Under the pieces are notes generated by a model. The model saw nothing but the letters and a program-made list of their open reading frames with translations. It searched no databases and was not told the origin of the DNA. From Oscillospiraceae bacterium (GTDB lineage Bacteria; Bacillota; Clostridia; Oscillospirales; Ruminococcaceae), in assembly GCA_009784825.1 (NCBI GenBank), contig WQXO01000001.1, positions 1,599-65,598 on the forward strand: a stretch of DNA of 64,000 nucleotides. Direction: 5' to 3'. Position numbers and translations under genes: made by a program. Shown piece after piece: positions 17,901-26,648 of this stretch. Each line of letters opens with the position of its first letter. Position 1 is the stretch's first letter.

Positions 17901-18303
17901 GGTTTATGTCAATGACAAGGCGACAACAATTGACAAGGTTAAGCTTCCCGCAAACTCAATCGTAATAGCTCCCGACTTCTCCGGCAAATTCGGGTTTGAA
18001 ATTGAGTTTACTTTCACAGCGGCACAGCTTAAAGATGCGGGCATAAACGGCAACAACGTGAAGCTTTTCTACATCAACAAGGACGGGATAGTAACCGATT
18101 TAGGCAAGGCGAAATTAAACGCTGACGGTTCTGTGACATTCACAATCGACAGTGCGTCCTACTACGTTCTCTCCGAGGAAGCTCCGGTTGAAGAAAACCC
18201 CAACACAGGTGTTATTGTTGGTGTAACAGCGGTAATTCTTGCGGGTGCGACAATCGGTATCAGCAGAAAGAGAAAAGTGTATAATTCGATGATTAAGTTA
18301 TAA
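14977..18303 (+). CDS. cell-wall-anchored cohesin protein with a long Cys/His-rich repeat region, a Thr/Pro linker and an NPxTG-type sorting signal
   Basis: GAGGTG SD favours the ATG at 14977. Signal peptide. The cohesin is paralogous to the one in the upstream gene (about 80 percent nt identity, 15240-15410 vs 14385-14560). The C-terminus is ENPNTG + hydrophobic helix + SRKRK. Confidence 0.8.
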   Translation: MKNKIICMMLSISILVGTALIGTTVFASDGGAFALTTPTAVMGSSFTIDIELESNPGITTFKVILAYDADKLTLTALNHNLGNLGITGTPLAPLASGMPIVWQDFTIEDNITFTGAVARLTFTPKEAGDAWVTVTLDEALDEDFSQVTFTTGRVDFTVTCATCAWDNDCTVCDTCGGEMNDGEHGNANLSTRTNCTTTATCPREGCTQVALNGAALSHTTPPAQRVDCTAALTCANTGCTAEIQAATTHASTAGDCNVCSNCETAPNTGHVFTADMQPKGGTQHDFKCTRCNTRGGEVNCTFTADVTSTGSSQHNFKCTVCANRGGDQDHAYAPENCMICTVCGDDEPSACEQGTQKPYCAACIAACLADGGHNQTKTTNCTVCENCGATGLDRLAACTGNEADACPFHRCNHNNAQCSGVSATDCTVFTCGASTGATHANATGMSGRTNCTADVICSNTAGCTYKVYEGAASHGTGTRAGNLCSAALICDSETWCTHQIDGANANHLASARTNCVTGGAVTCTRAGCVHTIDAQQAAHSKTGRTNCTVAFTCANQWCTFSIAGEASHDATGRTDCTAAFTCADDNCTTSISGNASHNATGRTNCATAYACQNANCGYSFAAGTHTPGTDPDNCALAIPCAVAACTENYRAAGGSHSFGGAWTVVTPASCATTGTRTQRCLDCSAGVSPADTIPVLGHAWVSNGDGTHDCKTVGGCEELDEACNEDGANDSCDKCGYKEPDPACSCDNTTTTASPAATCTAAGANVETCDDCGGTVSVTTIPMLSHDWDKTATPDPEPTCEDDGFRAIACTLCSATDVETVSALGHSFAGAWTVRTPATTSAAGLEFRVCTRDNCDEEQTQAVPQLPGTTTPTDPGTTTPTTPTTPTTPTTPSDPGNVVMDDDVIEDKIILEILKSDEPVIDLSKVDGSVISEDMLQAIKENGVDVEVVLENGFSFTIVADSITANAAAFDLNIEVYVNDKATTIDKVKLPANSIVIAPDFSGKFGFEIEFTFTAAQLKDAGINGNNVKLFYINKDGIVTDLGKAKLNADGSVTFTIDSASYYVLSEEAPVEENPNTGVIVGVTAVILAGATIGISRKRKVYNSMIKL

Positions 18304-18340
18304 TCAGTCAATCAATCTAACATAATCTTCCAAACGGCAA

Positions 18341-18375
18341 ACAAACGCTTCCCGAAAGGGAAGCGTTTGTTTTTG
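18341..18375. terminator. bidirectional hairpin terminator
   Basis: ACAAACGCTTCCC GAAA GGGAAGCGTTTGT followed by TTTT. Confidence 0.75.
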
Positions 18376-18380
18376 TTATA

Positions 18381-18453
18381 TGGAGATAGTGGGACTCGAA
18401 CCCACGACCCTCTGACTGCCAGTCAGATACTCTCCCAGCTGAGCTATACCCCC
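18381..18453 (-). tRNA. tRNA-Ala (anticodon GGC), copy 1
   Basis: 73 nt with a hand-folded cloverleaf. Acceptor GGGGGUA/UAUCUCC with the G3:U70 Ala identity pair, anticodon loop CUGGCAG, perfect T arm GUGGG UUCGAGU CCCAC. No encoded CCA. Confidence 0.85.
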
Positions 18454-18564
18454 GAAACGCAGCCTGTGACTACTTTTTAAGTTTTCCTGTATTTTTAAGT
18501 ATAATACTTATATAGTAGTTTTTCAACTTGTTCCTTTCTTAATTCTCTTGTTCTTGATAAATGC

Positions 18565-19479
18565 TTACAATATATGTTTATCTAAAATTGTAACCAAATT
18601 CCCTATTTCCGGCTTTGATAACTGGGCGTTCGCCCCGAGCTCCCTCCCTTTAACCTGCATGGCATCGTCAATAAGGCTGGAAAACAGGATAACAGGCAGT
18701 TTTTTCAAAATCTTATCTTCTTTAATCAGCTTAGTTAAATGATGACCGTCCATCATCGGCATTTCAATATCAGAAATTACTGCGGCAACCTTTGTTTCAA
18801 TCGGAACATTATTATTTATTGCCTCGTCGCGCATACTCGCTAAATAATCCCAGATTTGCTGCCCATCGGAGAACGATTTTATATTAGTATAACCTGCTGT
18901 GTTCAACGCCTTGTAAATCATTTTTCTGAGAAGAACCGAGTCGTCGGCAGTAACAACAGGTTTTGAGTTACGTTCACGCGGACCTAACGCATCGATTTCC
19001 GAAAGCTGAATTCCCGTTTGCGGGCTTATATCAGAAACAATCTTCTCAAAATCTATAATAGTAATCAGCTTTTTATTTATCTTGGCTATCCCCGTAGAAA
19101 TGCTGTCATCTCCGCCATAAGTAATGCTGTCGGGTCTTTCTATATCGCTCCATTTAATTCGGTGAATCCCCTCCACCATATGAACATGGAACGCAACATG
19201 AAGGTTATTAAATCCTGTGATAATGAACATATCGCGGTTAAGGTTCTCACTCTCGGGGAATCCCATGTATTTTATCAGGTTAAACACCGTTATGATTGTA
19301 TCGCGGGGCTGAAACACACCCTCTATACAGGGGTGGGAATTGGGCATGGTTCTCATGCTTCTGTACTGCATAATCTCAGTAATTTTCGCCACGTTTATGC
19401 CGAATGAAACGCCCGCAATGGTAAACTCCATAATCTCAAGCTCGTTAGTGCCGCTTTCTAATAAAATATCGGTTTGCAT
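18565..19479 (-). CDS. cheV: chemotaxis coupling protein CheV (CheW domain + receiver domain)
   Basis: 304 aa. N-terminal CheW-like part (LEIMEFTIAGVSFGINVAKITEI). C-terminal REC domain with ISDIEMPMMDG and a conserved K (LSKP). AGGAGG SD. Confidence 0.85.
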   Translation of the reverse strand: MQTDILLESGTNELEIMEFTIAGVSFGINVAKITEIMQYRSMRTMPNSHPCIEGVFQPRDTIITVFNLIKYMGFPESENLNRDMFIITGFNNLHVAFHVHMVEGIHRIKWSDIERPDSITYGGDDSISTGIAKINKKLITIIDFEKIVSDISPQTGIQLSEIDALGPRERNSKPVVTADDSVLLRKMIYKALNTAGYTNIKSFSDGQQIWDYLASMRDEAINNNVPIETKVAAVISDIEMPMMDGHHLTKLIKEDKILKKLPVILFSSLIDDAMQVKGRELGANAQLSKPEIGNLVTILDKHIL

Positions 19480-19504
19480 AGTTTTCGCCTCCTATAATTT
19501 TATA

Positions 19505-19577
19505 TGGAGATAGTGGGACTCGAACCCGCGACCTTCTGTCTGCCAGACAGACACGCTCCCAACTGCGCCATACCCCC
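19505..19577 (-). tRNA. tRNA-Ala (anticodon GGC), copy 2, with an uncompensated T-stem mismatch
   Basis: 64/73 nt identical to copy 1. G3:U70 is present and the anticodon loop is CUGGCAG. The T stem GCGGG/CCCAC carries a C50-A64 mismatch. The 3' 23 nt are identical to copy 1. Confidence 0.7.
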
Positions 19578-19671
19578 GCGTTGCAGTCTACGACTGCATT
19601 TAACGCATTATTCATTCCTTGTGATTTCAATGATTTTCTCTATAATTTTTGGGGCAGTATCTTTGGCGTTG

Positions 19672-19698
19672 CCGGACTCCCGGCTGAGCTATACCCCC
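19672..19698 (-). pseudogene. 5' fragment of a tRNA-Ala gene (acceptor + D arm only)
   Basis: Minus strand reads GGGGGTATAGCTCAGCCGGGAG, matching the first 22 nt of copy 1 with 1 mismatch. No cloverleaf continuation. Confidence 0.6.
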
Positions 19699-19711
19699 GC
19701 TATTATGCTAA

Positions 19712-20629
19712 TTACTCTGTCGTTTTTTCCTGTTTGGGTACATATGCGTATATTTTCATATATTTTTCTTCAATAATATAATTAGGGTTAGCCTTGAGTA
19801 TCAAATCAACTAAAACCTCAGGGTCGTCTGGTAAATGATACTTGCATATCGATATTTTAGGAGAAAACTCTTTCAATACTCTTGTTGCACCTTTGAGCAA
19901 CAAGCGTTCTGCACCCTCTATATCCGCCTTGATAAAATCTACCCGACTAATATTATTTTGTTCAACAAATGAATCAATTGTTATACAATCCACTTTAAAT
20001 TTGTTGTTTTTCTCGTTGCTTTCAGATATTTTTCCGAAAACACTTGTAGCATCGTAATTATCAAACCAAGCATTTCCGTTTTGGTCGCTAACAGCATATG
20101 GTGCGATTTTTATATGCGGATTAATCTGCACAAGCTCTTTTAACCAAATTATATTACTTGGCATAGGTTCAAAAGCATAACACAGACAATCAAAATTTGC
20201 GGTCATTATAGAAAAAAGACCCATTCTTGCTCCAAAATCAAAAACAACGTCACCTTTTTCAATTTTCACATCACCAAGTTCATACGGCCCTTCTAAATAA
20301 GGCAACTTTTTGTAAACACCGTCAGGAATTAAAGGACATACTATATCAATAAATTCAGAGTTTAACCACCCCGATAGTCTTGGTTCGTAAAAAAGTTTCA
20401 TCGGTAAAACACTCTTGCCGAAAACCAACGCATCCTTTTCTTTATTATAGTATCTTTTTAACCCTATCGTGTTTAATACAAGTTTGCGATTATACGCTCT
20501 TTTCAGTTTTGGGAATTTCGCTGAAAGAAACTCCTTTGTTTGACCTGAAAACAATCTTCTTACAATATTTAATGAAACCATCTTTTTCCGTAACTCTCTT
20601 TTGCTTTTCAGGAGGTGTATTTCCCACAC
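19712..20629 (-). CDS. FkbM-family SAM-dependent methyltransferase
   Basis: 305 aa. Motif-I-like VVFDFGARMGLFS, AFEP, and a C-terminal FIKADIEGAE block typical of the FkbM family. The start is uncertain (M1 or M17). Confidence 0.65.
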   Translation of the reverse strand: MWEIHLLKSKRELRKKMVSLNIVRRLFSGQTKEFLSAKFPKLKRAYNRKLVLNTIGLKRYYNKEKDALVFGKSVLPMKLFYEPRLSGWLNSEFIDIVCPLIPDGVYKKLPYLEGPYELGDVKIEKGDVVFDFGARMGLFSIMTANFDCLCYAFEPMPSNIIWLKELVQINPHIKIAPYAVSDQNGNAWFDNYDATSVFGKISESNEKNNKFKVDCITIDSFVEQNNISRVDFIKADIEGAERLLLKGATRVLKEFSPKISICKYHLPDDPEVLVDLILKANPNYIIEEKYMKIYAYVPKQEKTTE

Positions 20630-20641
20630 CGAAACCTTTCC

Positions 20642-21865
20642 TTATACATTATACATTCTCTTACAGTAGAACTCCTCGTTCGTGGTAATCACCTTTCCGT
20701 CTACCTCCACAATCGGGTATAAGAGATTACGAGGATTAACCAAAATAACCGTTGCCACAGATTCATCTGACATTATAATCTGCTTACCTTTGAGTTCTTC
20801 AATCATACAGTCAATGAATATTTTCACAAAATTAATATCTAACTCGGAATACCCCTCTAACGAGAACTCGTTCAAAATCACGAAAGGCGAATGCGGCTCT
20901 TTATAAACCCTTTTGGTCACCATTGCGTCATATATATCGGAAATAGACGTAATTCGTGCAAAATCGGTAATTTTCGACGAGTTAAGCCCATACGGATACC
21001 CTGTGCCGTTGACTTTTTCGTGATGTTGAATAGTCCCCTCAAGAATGGTTCTGTTACGCACACCCGATTTTATCAGCATTTCCAATGAAAGCACGGGGTG
21101 CTTTTTTATCTCCTCGAACTCTTCCGGGGTAAGGCGAGCGGGTTTATTAAGAATTTCGGGGCTGATTTTCAACTTACCTATATCGTGCAACAACCCGATT
21201 TCCACAAGCTCATCCTGCTTCTTTTGCTCCAACTTTAACCATTTCCCCATTAACCCGTTTAAGAACGCCACGTTAAGGCTGTGGGTGTGGAGATATTCAT
21301 CCGCACTGCGAATTCGGTTAATCGTTTGAATGATTAGAGAAGCGTCGGTGGTGTCAATTTGGAATTGAATGTCCTTAGTAATCTTTGAGCCGTGTTCCCT
21401 GTCAACCTTACCTGTTTCAGAAACATTTTTAACTAATTCCTCTGCCTCTGATTTAGTTTCTTCATATTTTTTTACTACTTCTGCGAATTTTCTCGTCTGT
21501 TCGAGAATTTTCTGCTCTGCTGCTGTGAGTGCGGGCTGTGTCGGTTTTAAGGCAGCAGTATTAACCGAAACCCGTTTCTTTTCCCACGGTTTTTCATCGT
21601 TATTGATTAATCGTGCTTCTTCCTCGCTGAAACCGAGGAAAATCCCTTTTTTGAAAAACTCCATAATATAACTGCGTGATATGTATACGTTGTTTTCCGG
21701 GTGCATTACCCTTTGGAAGCGTGTAACCATTTCTTGGTCTAAAACAGGGTTTTCACACAACAAAACCATCTCCCCGTCTTCGTTGCGGGAATAAACCTTA
21801 CATTCAAGATGAACCCCTAAGGGCATATTAAACAATTTTACGGGAACATAATCAAAAGCAGACAT
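20642..21865 (-). CDS. HD-GYP domain protein (probable cyclic-di-GMP phosphodiesterase)
   Basis: LHDIGKL and HHEKVNGTGYPYG motifs. AAGGAG SD. Confidence 0.8.
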   Translation of the reverse strand: MSAFDYVPVKLFNMPLGVHLECKVYSRNEDGEMVLLCENPVLDQEMVTRFQRVMHPENNVYISRSYIMEFFKKGIFLGFSEEEARLINNDEKPWEKKRVSVNTAALKPTQPALTAAEQKILEQTRKFAEVVKKYEETKSEAEELVKNVSETGKVDREHGSKITKDIQFQIDTTDASLIIQTINRIRSADEYLHTHSLNVAFLNGLMGKWLKLEQKKQDELVEIGLLHDIGKLKISPEILNKPARLTPEEFEEIKKHPVLSLEMLIKSGVRNRTILEGTIQHHEKVNGTGYPYGLNSSKITDFARITSISDIYDAMVTKRVYKEPHSPFVILNEFSLEGYSELDINFVKIFIDCMIEELKGKQIIMSDESVATVILVNPRNLLYPIVEVDGKVITTNEEFYCKRMYNV

Positions 21866-21938
21866 TGATTTCTCCTTCGGTATGTGTTATACTACTATAT
21901 TATATTATAAATCTGATTTTGTCAAGGTATTTATAAAC

Positions 21939-22451
21939 ATGAAACAATATTTAGAAATAATCGAATTTACAAAACCGCAGGGGTTAAACGGGTTAATCCG
22001 TGCTAAGACTTTCTGCGACAGTCCGAGCGTCCTCGAGCAATTCAAGGAATTCTTTCTCGGAGAGGGTAAAACCCCGCTTAAAGCCGAGCTTGTTGAGGTT
22101 CGCAAAGGCTTCGTAATTCTTCGGGTAGATGGAGTATGCGACATAGAAGCCGCTCAAAAATTGTCCGGTGAGATTCTTTATATAAATCGTGACGATTATA
22201 AGCTGCCTGAGGACACATGGTTTATAAGTGACGTTATTGGGTGTCAGGTGGTTGACGCCGATACAGGAAAAGTATACGGGTTGGTAGACGATGTTTTGCA
22301 AAACGCACCTAAGGATGTCTATTCTGTGAGAACACCGTCAGGTGGGCAATTGCTCTTTCCTGCTATACCGGAAGTATTAATGAGCGTAGATATTACAGCG
22401 GGTAGAATAACTATTCGTCCATTGGAGGGTTTATTTGAAAATGAGGATTGA
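21939..22451 (+). CDS. rimM: 16S rRNA processing protein RimM
   Basis: MKQYLEIIEFTKPQGLNGLIR.. N-terminus and a PRC-barrel C-terminus. Classical rimM-trmD order with overlapping ends. Confidence 0.85.
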   Translation: MKQYLEIIEFTKPQGLNGLIRAKTFCDSPSVLEQFKEFFLGEGKTPLKAELVEVRKGFVILRVDGVCDIEAAQKLSGEILYINRDDYKLPEDTWFISDVIGCQVVDADTGKVYGLVDDVLQNAPKDVYSVRTPSGGQLLFPAIPEVLMSVDITAGRITIRPLEGLFENED

Positions 22452-23115
22452 CATAGCCACACTATTCCCCGAAATGTGCGAGAATTATCTTTCACAAAGC
22501 ATAATAGGGCGTGCACGGAGTACCGGTTCAATCGAAATAAACTGCCATAATATCAGAGATTATGCTGACAACAAGCACAACAGCGTTGACGACAAGCCCT
22601 ACGGCGGCGGAACAGGCATGGTCATTCAAGCCGAACCCGTCTATAAATGCATAACCGACATTATCGGCGACAACAAACCGAAATTAATCTACATGTCTCC
22701 TCAGGGGAAAACACTGACTCAGGAATTAGTCAAGGAGTTAGCACGTGAGGAATGGTTGGTTATTCTGTGCGGGCATTATGAAGGGGTGGACTGCCGTGTC
22801 ATAGAGGAATTAGACTTCATGGAAATATCCGTGGGGGATTATGTTGTCACCGGCGGTGAATTGCCCGCACTTATTCTCACAGACGCAGTTGCACGGTTAC
22901 AGGAGGGGGTTCTGCCTGATGAAAGTGCCTACACCGAGGACAGCCACTTCAACGGATTATTAGAGCATCCTTTGTATACCCGCCCTGAAATATGGCATGG
23001 GAAAAGCGTTCCCGAGATACTGTTATCGGGGCATCACGCAAACATCAAGAAATGGCGTGACGAGGAATCTGTAAACACAACATATAGAAAACGCCCCGAC
23101 TTATTGAACAAATGA
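22441..23115 (+). CDS. trmD: tRNA (guanine37-N1)-methyltransferase TrmD
   Basis: MRIDIATLFPEM.., DDKPYGGGTGMV, GHYEGVDCRV, SVGDYVVTGGELPA. GGAGGG lies 11 nt upstream of the ATG at 22441. Confidence 0.92.
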   Translation: MRIDIATLFPEMCENYLSQSIIGRARSTGSIEINCHNIRDYADNKHNSVDDKPYGGGTGMVIQAEPVYKCITDIIGDNKPKLIYMSPQGKTLTQELVKELAREEWLVILCGHYEGVDCRVIEELDFMEISVGDYVVTGGELPALILTDAVARLQEGVLPDESAYTEDSHFNGLLEHPLYTRPEIWHGKSVPEILLSGHHANIKKWRDEESVNTTYRKRPDLLNK

Positions 23116-23279
23116 CAGGCTTTGACATGTTTTTTTGTGAAAATTTTACAAATAAATTTATATTAATAGCATATATTTAGCGATTAATTATATTGACTTA
23201 ATGAAACAATAAAGATATAATAATAAATATAAGTAATTTGGAACTTTTTATCCGCTTATGTAATTTGGAGGTATTGAAT

Positions 23280-23543
23280 ATGTTCGTTAAAGAGGTAGAT
23301 GTAAAAAACCAAGTTGGACTTCACGCAAGACCCGCAACCTTTTTCATTCAGAAAGCCAACGAATACAAATCTTCCATTTGGGTTGAAAAGGAAGAACGCA
23401 GAGTAAACGCCAAAAGCCTTCTCGGTATTTTATCCCTTGGTATTGTCGGGGGTTCTACCATTAGAGTAATAGCGGACGGTGCGGACGAGCAGCTCGCTGT
23501 AGATGGGTTGATTAAACTTGTCGAAAGCGGATTTGTAGAATAA
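23280..23543 (+). CDS. ptsH: phosphocarrier protein HPr
   Basis: GLHARPA (His15) and NAKSLLGILSLG (Ser46). GGAGG SD. TTGACT-N17-TATAAT upstream. Confidence 0.9.
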   Translation: MFVKEVDVKNQVGLHARPATFFIQKANEYKSSIWVEKEERRVNAKSLLGILSLGIVGGSTIRVIADGADEQLAVDGLIKLVESGFVE

Positions 23544-23556
23544 AACATAGATTTTT

Positions 23557-23590
23557 ACCGTCCGCAGTTTTTGCGGGCGGTTTTTTATTT
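23557..23590 (+). terminator. rho-independent terminator after ptsH
   Basis: CCGTCCGCA .. TGCGGGCGG stem followed by TTTTTTATTT. Confidence 0.7.
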
Positions 23591-23607
23591 AAGAAAAGGA
23601 GTTTATT

Positions 23608-24627
23608 ATGAAAGCATTATTTATCGGGGGAACCGGCATTATCAGCATGGCTATTACTAAAAAGCTGCTTGCTGACAAACAATGGGAACTATTCCTACTT
23701 AACAAAGGCAGTCGCAACAGCCAATTACCTGCCGGATTTAAACACATAGACGTGAACATCTATGAGGAAGACAAGGTCGCTGAACTAATCAAGGACATGA
23801 GCTTTGACGTTGTCGCACAGTTTATCGCATTCACCCCGGAACACCTTGAACGGGATTATCGCCTTTTCAAAGGCAAAACCAAGCAGTATATCTTCATCAG
23901 CTCGGCTTCGGCTTATCAAAAACCCTTGTCTGATTACAGAATTAACGAGGGGACTCCTCTCGCTAATCCGTATTGGGAATATTCCCGAAACAAAATCGCC
24001 TGTGAGGAATATCTGTCTAAATTATACAGAGAGGATAACTTCCCGGTTACAATCGTCCGCCCCAGCCATACCTATGATGACAGGTATATCCCCCTCGGCG
24101 TTCACGGGAAAAACGGCTCGTGGCAGGTGGTTAAGCGAATGTTAGATAATAAGCCGGTTATTATTCACGGGGACGGAACGTCGTTATGGACGATGACGCA
24201 CAATTCCGACTTTGCTAATGCGTTCATTGGGTTGATGGGGAATGTTCATACAGTCGGGGAGGCTGTTCAAATCACCTCGGACGAATCTCTCACATGGAAC
24301 CAGATTTATTCGGCAATCGCTAATGTTTTGGGGGTTGAGTTCAAACCCTATTACGTACCGAGTGATTTCCTGGCGAAATGCTCCGATTATGACTTTACCG
24401 GGTCATTAATCGGTGACAAAGCCAATTCTGTGGTATTCGACAACAGTAAGCTCAAACGCCTTGTTCCGGGGTTTACTGCAACTGTGCGGTTTGACGAGGG
24501 AATTCGGGGGACAATCGAGAATGTTCTTTCCGACAAAACCCTGCAAACAGAAGACCCCGAATTCGATATTTGGTGCGACAAAGTGATTGGTGCGATGGAA
24601 AACGCATTAGATTTCATAAAAAAATAA
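23608..24627 (+). CDS. NAD-dependent epimerase/dehydratase-family (extended SDR) protein
   Basis: N-terminal FIGGTGIIS Rossmann motif and YxxxK (YSRNK). Confidence 0.7.
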   Translation: MKALFIGGTGIISMAITKKLLADKQWELFLLNKGSRNSQLPAGFKHIDVNIYEEDKVAELIKDMSFDVVAQFIAFTPEHLERDYRLFKGKTKQYIFISSASAYQKPLSDYRINEGTPLANPYWEYSRNKIACEEYLSKLYREDNFPVTIVRPSHTYDDRYIPLGVHGKNGSWQVVKRMLDNKPVIIHGDGTSLWTMTHNSDFANAFIGLMGNVHTVGEAVQITSDESLTWNQIYSAIANVLGVEFKPYYVPSDFLAKCSDYDFTGSLIGDKANSVVFDNSKLKRLVPGFTATVRFDEGIRGTIENVLSDKTLQTEDPEFDIWCDKVIGAMENALDFIKK

Positions 24628-24713
24628 TATTTTTTCAAAAATATATAGATTTTTTGTTTATAATATAGTATAATTATTATCGACTTATTAAATTTGGGAG
24701 GACTTTATATCTG

Positions 24714-26648
24714 ATGAAAGCATACAAATGTAAAAATATCCGCAACATCGCAATTACCGGTCACGGCTCAAGCGGCAAAACCACCTTAGCAGAAGCGTTA
24801 ATTTTCAAAAGCGGCGGTTCTGACAGAATGGGGAAGGTTGTCGAGGGAAACTCGATATGTGACCACGACCCGGAGGAAATCAAAAGAAAAATTTCGCTCA
24901 GCACCTCCCTCGCTTATGCAGAATGGAAGGACACTAAAATCAACATCGTAGACACTCCCGGGCAGTTCGACTTTATTGGTGGAATGTATGAGGGTGTTCG
25001 TGCGGCTGAAACAGTTGTTATTGCCCTTTCTGCGAAGGACGGCGTTCAAGTAGGAACTATTAAAGCATATAACGAAGTTAAAAAGCAGAAAAAGGCATGT
25101 ATTTTTGTTGTTACTAAAAATGACGAGGAAAACGCCGATTTTGCTAAAACTCTTGCGGGCTTAAAATCACAATTCGGCGGTTCTGTGTGCGAGTTTTCTG
25201 ACCGTTCAACGCTGTCGGATTTAATCGCAGAAACCGATGAAGAATTAATGGACAAGTATCTTGATACAGGGGAATTCACCGATGAGGAATTCGCTAAAGG
25301 CTTAGGAATAGGCTTAGCTAAGGGGGAAATCGCACCCGTAATGGCTGTTACTGCGTTCTCGGGTGACGGAATTGTTGAATTGCTTGATGCGATTGTGAGT
25401 TCGTTCCCTGCACCCTGCGACGTTGAGGGTGAACCCCTTTCCGACGGCAAAAAAATGAAGTATGACGATTCTGCACCTTTATCGGCGTTTGTGTTTAAAA
25501 CAATTGCTGACCCGTTTGTCGGAAAAATGAGCTTTGTAAAAATCGTCGCAGGTTCGATGAACCCCAAAACCGAGCCGGTCAATTCCAGAACCGGTGAGGT
25601 TGAGCGCTTTGGAAAGCTGTTAGCGTTAAAAGGAAAGAAGCAAGAGGATATTACAGAGGCTTATGCAGGTGATATAGTTACCATTACTAAGCTGAACGCC
25701 ACAACCGGTGACGCTCTTTGTGCTGCGGGAAAAACTGCCGAATTCGAGAAAATTGAGTTCCCTGTTGCAGTGTTCTTCCAAGCGGTTTCTGCAAAGGGGA
25801 AGGGTGATGAAGCGAAAATAAGCGACGCAATCCAAAAAATCCTCGAAGAAGACAAGGTTTTAAACTACGTCAATAATTCCGAAACCCGCCAACGTGTTAT
25901 CGGTGGTTTGGGCGACCAGCACTTAGGCGTTACTGTTACAAAGATGAAAGCCAAGTTCGGGGTTGATGTTGAATTAAGCCAGCCGATAATCGCATATCGT
26001 GAAACCATTCGTAAAAAGGTGTCGAACATTGAAGGCAAGCATAAGAAACAATCGGGCGGTGCAGGGCAATTCGGTGTTGTATTTATGGATTTTGAGCCTC
26101 ATTCCGATGATGAACTGATATTTGAAGAAAAAGTAGTCGGCGGTTCTGTACCTAAGCAGTTCTTCCCTGCGGTTGAAAAAGGTCTGCGGGAGAGTGTAGA
26201 GCATGGTGCATTAGCGGGGTATCCCGTGGTTCGGTTAAAAGCGACATTGGTAGACGGTAAGTATCACCCGGTTGACAGTAAGGAAATCGCATTCGTACAA
26301 GCGGCGAAATTAGCGGTTAAAGCGGGCATGAAAGAAGCTTCACCGTGTTTGTTAGAGCCTATCCTCTCTTTGAAGATTACTGTCGGTAACGACAACACAG
26401 GCGACGTTATGGGTATTGTGAATAAGCGGCGTGGTGCGGTTCTCGGCACTAACCCTGTGGGAGACGGCATGACCGAGGTTGAAGCGGAAATGCCACAATC
26501 GGAAACATCGGATTTTGCATTAGTTATTCTGCAAATGACAAAAGGGTTAGGCAGCTTCACACAGAAATTTGCACGGTATCAGGAGCTTCCGCAAATTCTC
26601 GAAGCAGAGGTTATTGCAAACGCACCCAAGCACAAAGACGAAGATTAA
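24714..26648 (+). CDS. elongation factor G paralog (short EF-G-like GTPase)
   Basis: G1 GHGSSGKTT, G3 DTPG, G4-like TKND. EF-G domains II-V are recognisable (e.g. AYRETI, GGAGQFG, YHPVDS). Confidence 0.8.
   Translation: MKAYKCKNIRNIAITGHGSSGKTTLAEALIFKSGGSDRMGKVVEGNSICDHDPEEIKRKISLSTSLAYAEWKDTKINIVDTPGQFDFIGGMYEGVRAAETVVIALSAKDGVQVGTIKAYNEVKKQKKACIFVVTKNDEENADFAKTLAGLKSQFGGSVCEFSDRSTLSDLIAETDEELMDKYLDTGEFTDEEFAKGLGIGLAKGEIAPVMAVTAFSGDGIVELLDAIVSSFPAPCDVEGEPLSDGKKMKYDDSAPLSAFVFKTIADPFVGKMSFVKIVAGSMNPKTEPVNSRTGEVERFGKLLALKGKKQEDITEAYAGDIVTITKLNATTGDALCAAGKTAEFEKIEFPVAVFFQAVSAKGKGDEAKISDAIQKILEEDKVLNYVNNSETRQRVIGGLGDQHLGVTVTKMKAKFGVDVELSQPIIAYRETIRKKVSNIEGKHKKQSGGAGQFGVVFMDFEPHSDDELIFEEKVVGGSVPKQFFPAVEKGLRESVEHGALAGYPVVRLKATLVDGKYHPVDSKEIAFVQAAKLAVKAGMKEASPCLLEPILSLKITVGNDNTGDVMGIVNKRRGAVLGTNPVGDGMTEVEAEMPQSETSDFALVILQMTKGLGSFTQKFARYQELPQILEAEVIANAPKHKDED

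Noticed and set aside
18381-21865. Interpreting the tRNA-flanked cheV / FkbM / HD-GYP region as an intact integrative element or genomic island.
   Set aside because: No integrase, excisionase, transposase or phage genes are present. Only the tRNA duplication scars are observable, so only the scars are reported.
23135-23151. TTGTGAAAATTTTACAA upstream of ptsH as a Rex, CRP/FNR or cre-type operator.
   Set aside because: The spacing (7+3+7) does not fit the Rex box (7+4+7). Two mismatches to TGTGA-N6-TCACA. It does not fit the cre consensus. The region is very AT-rich, so imperfect palindromes are expected.
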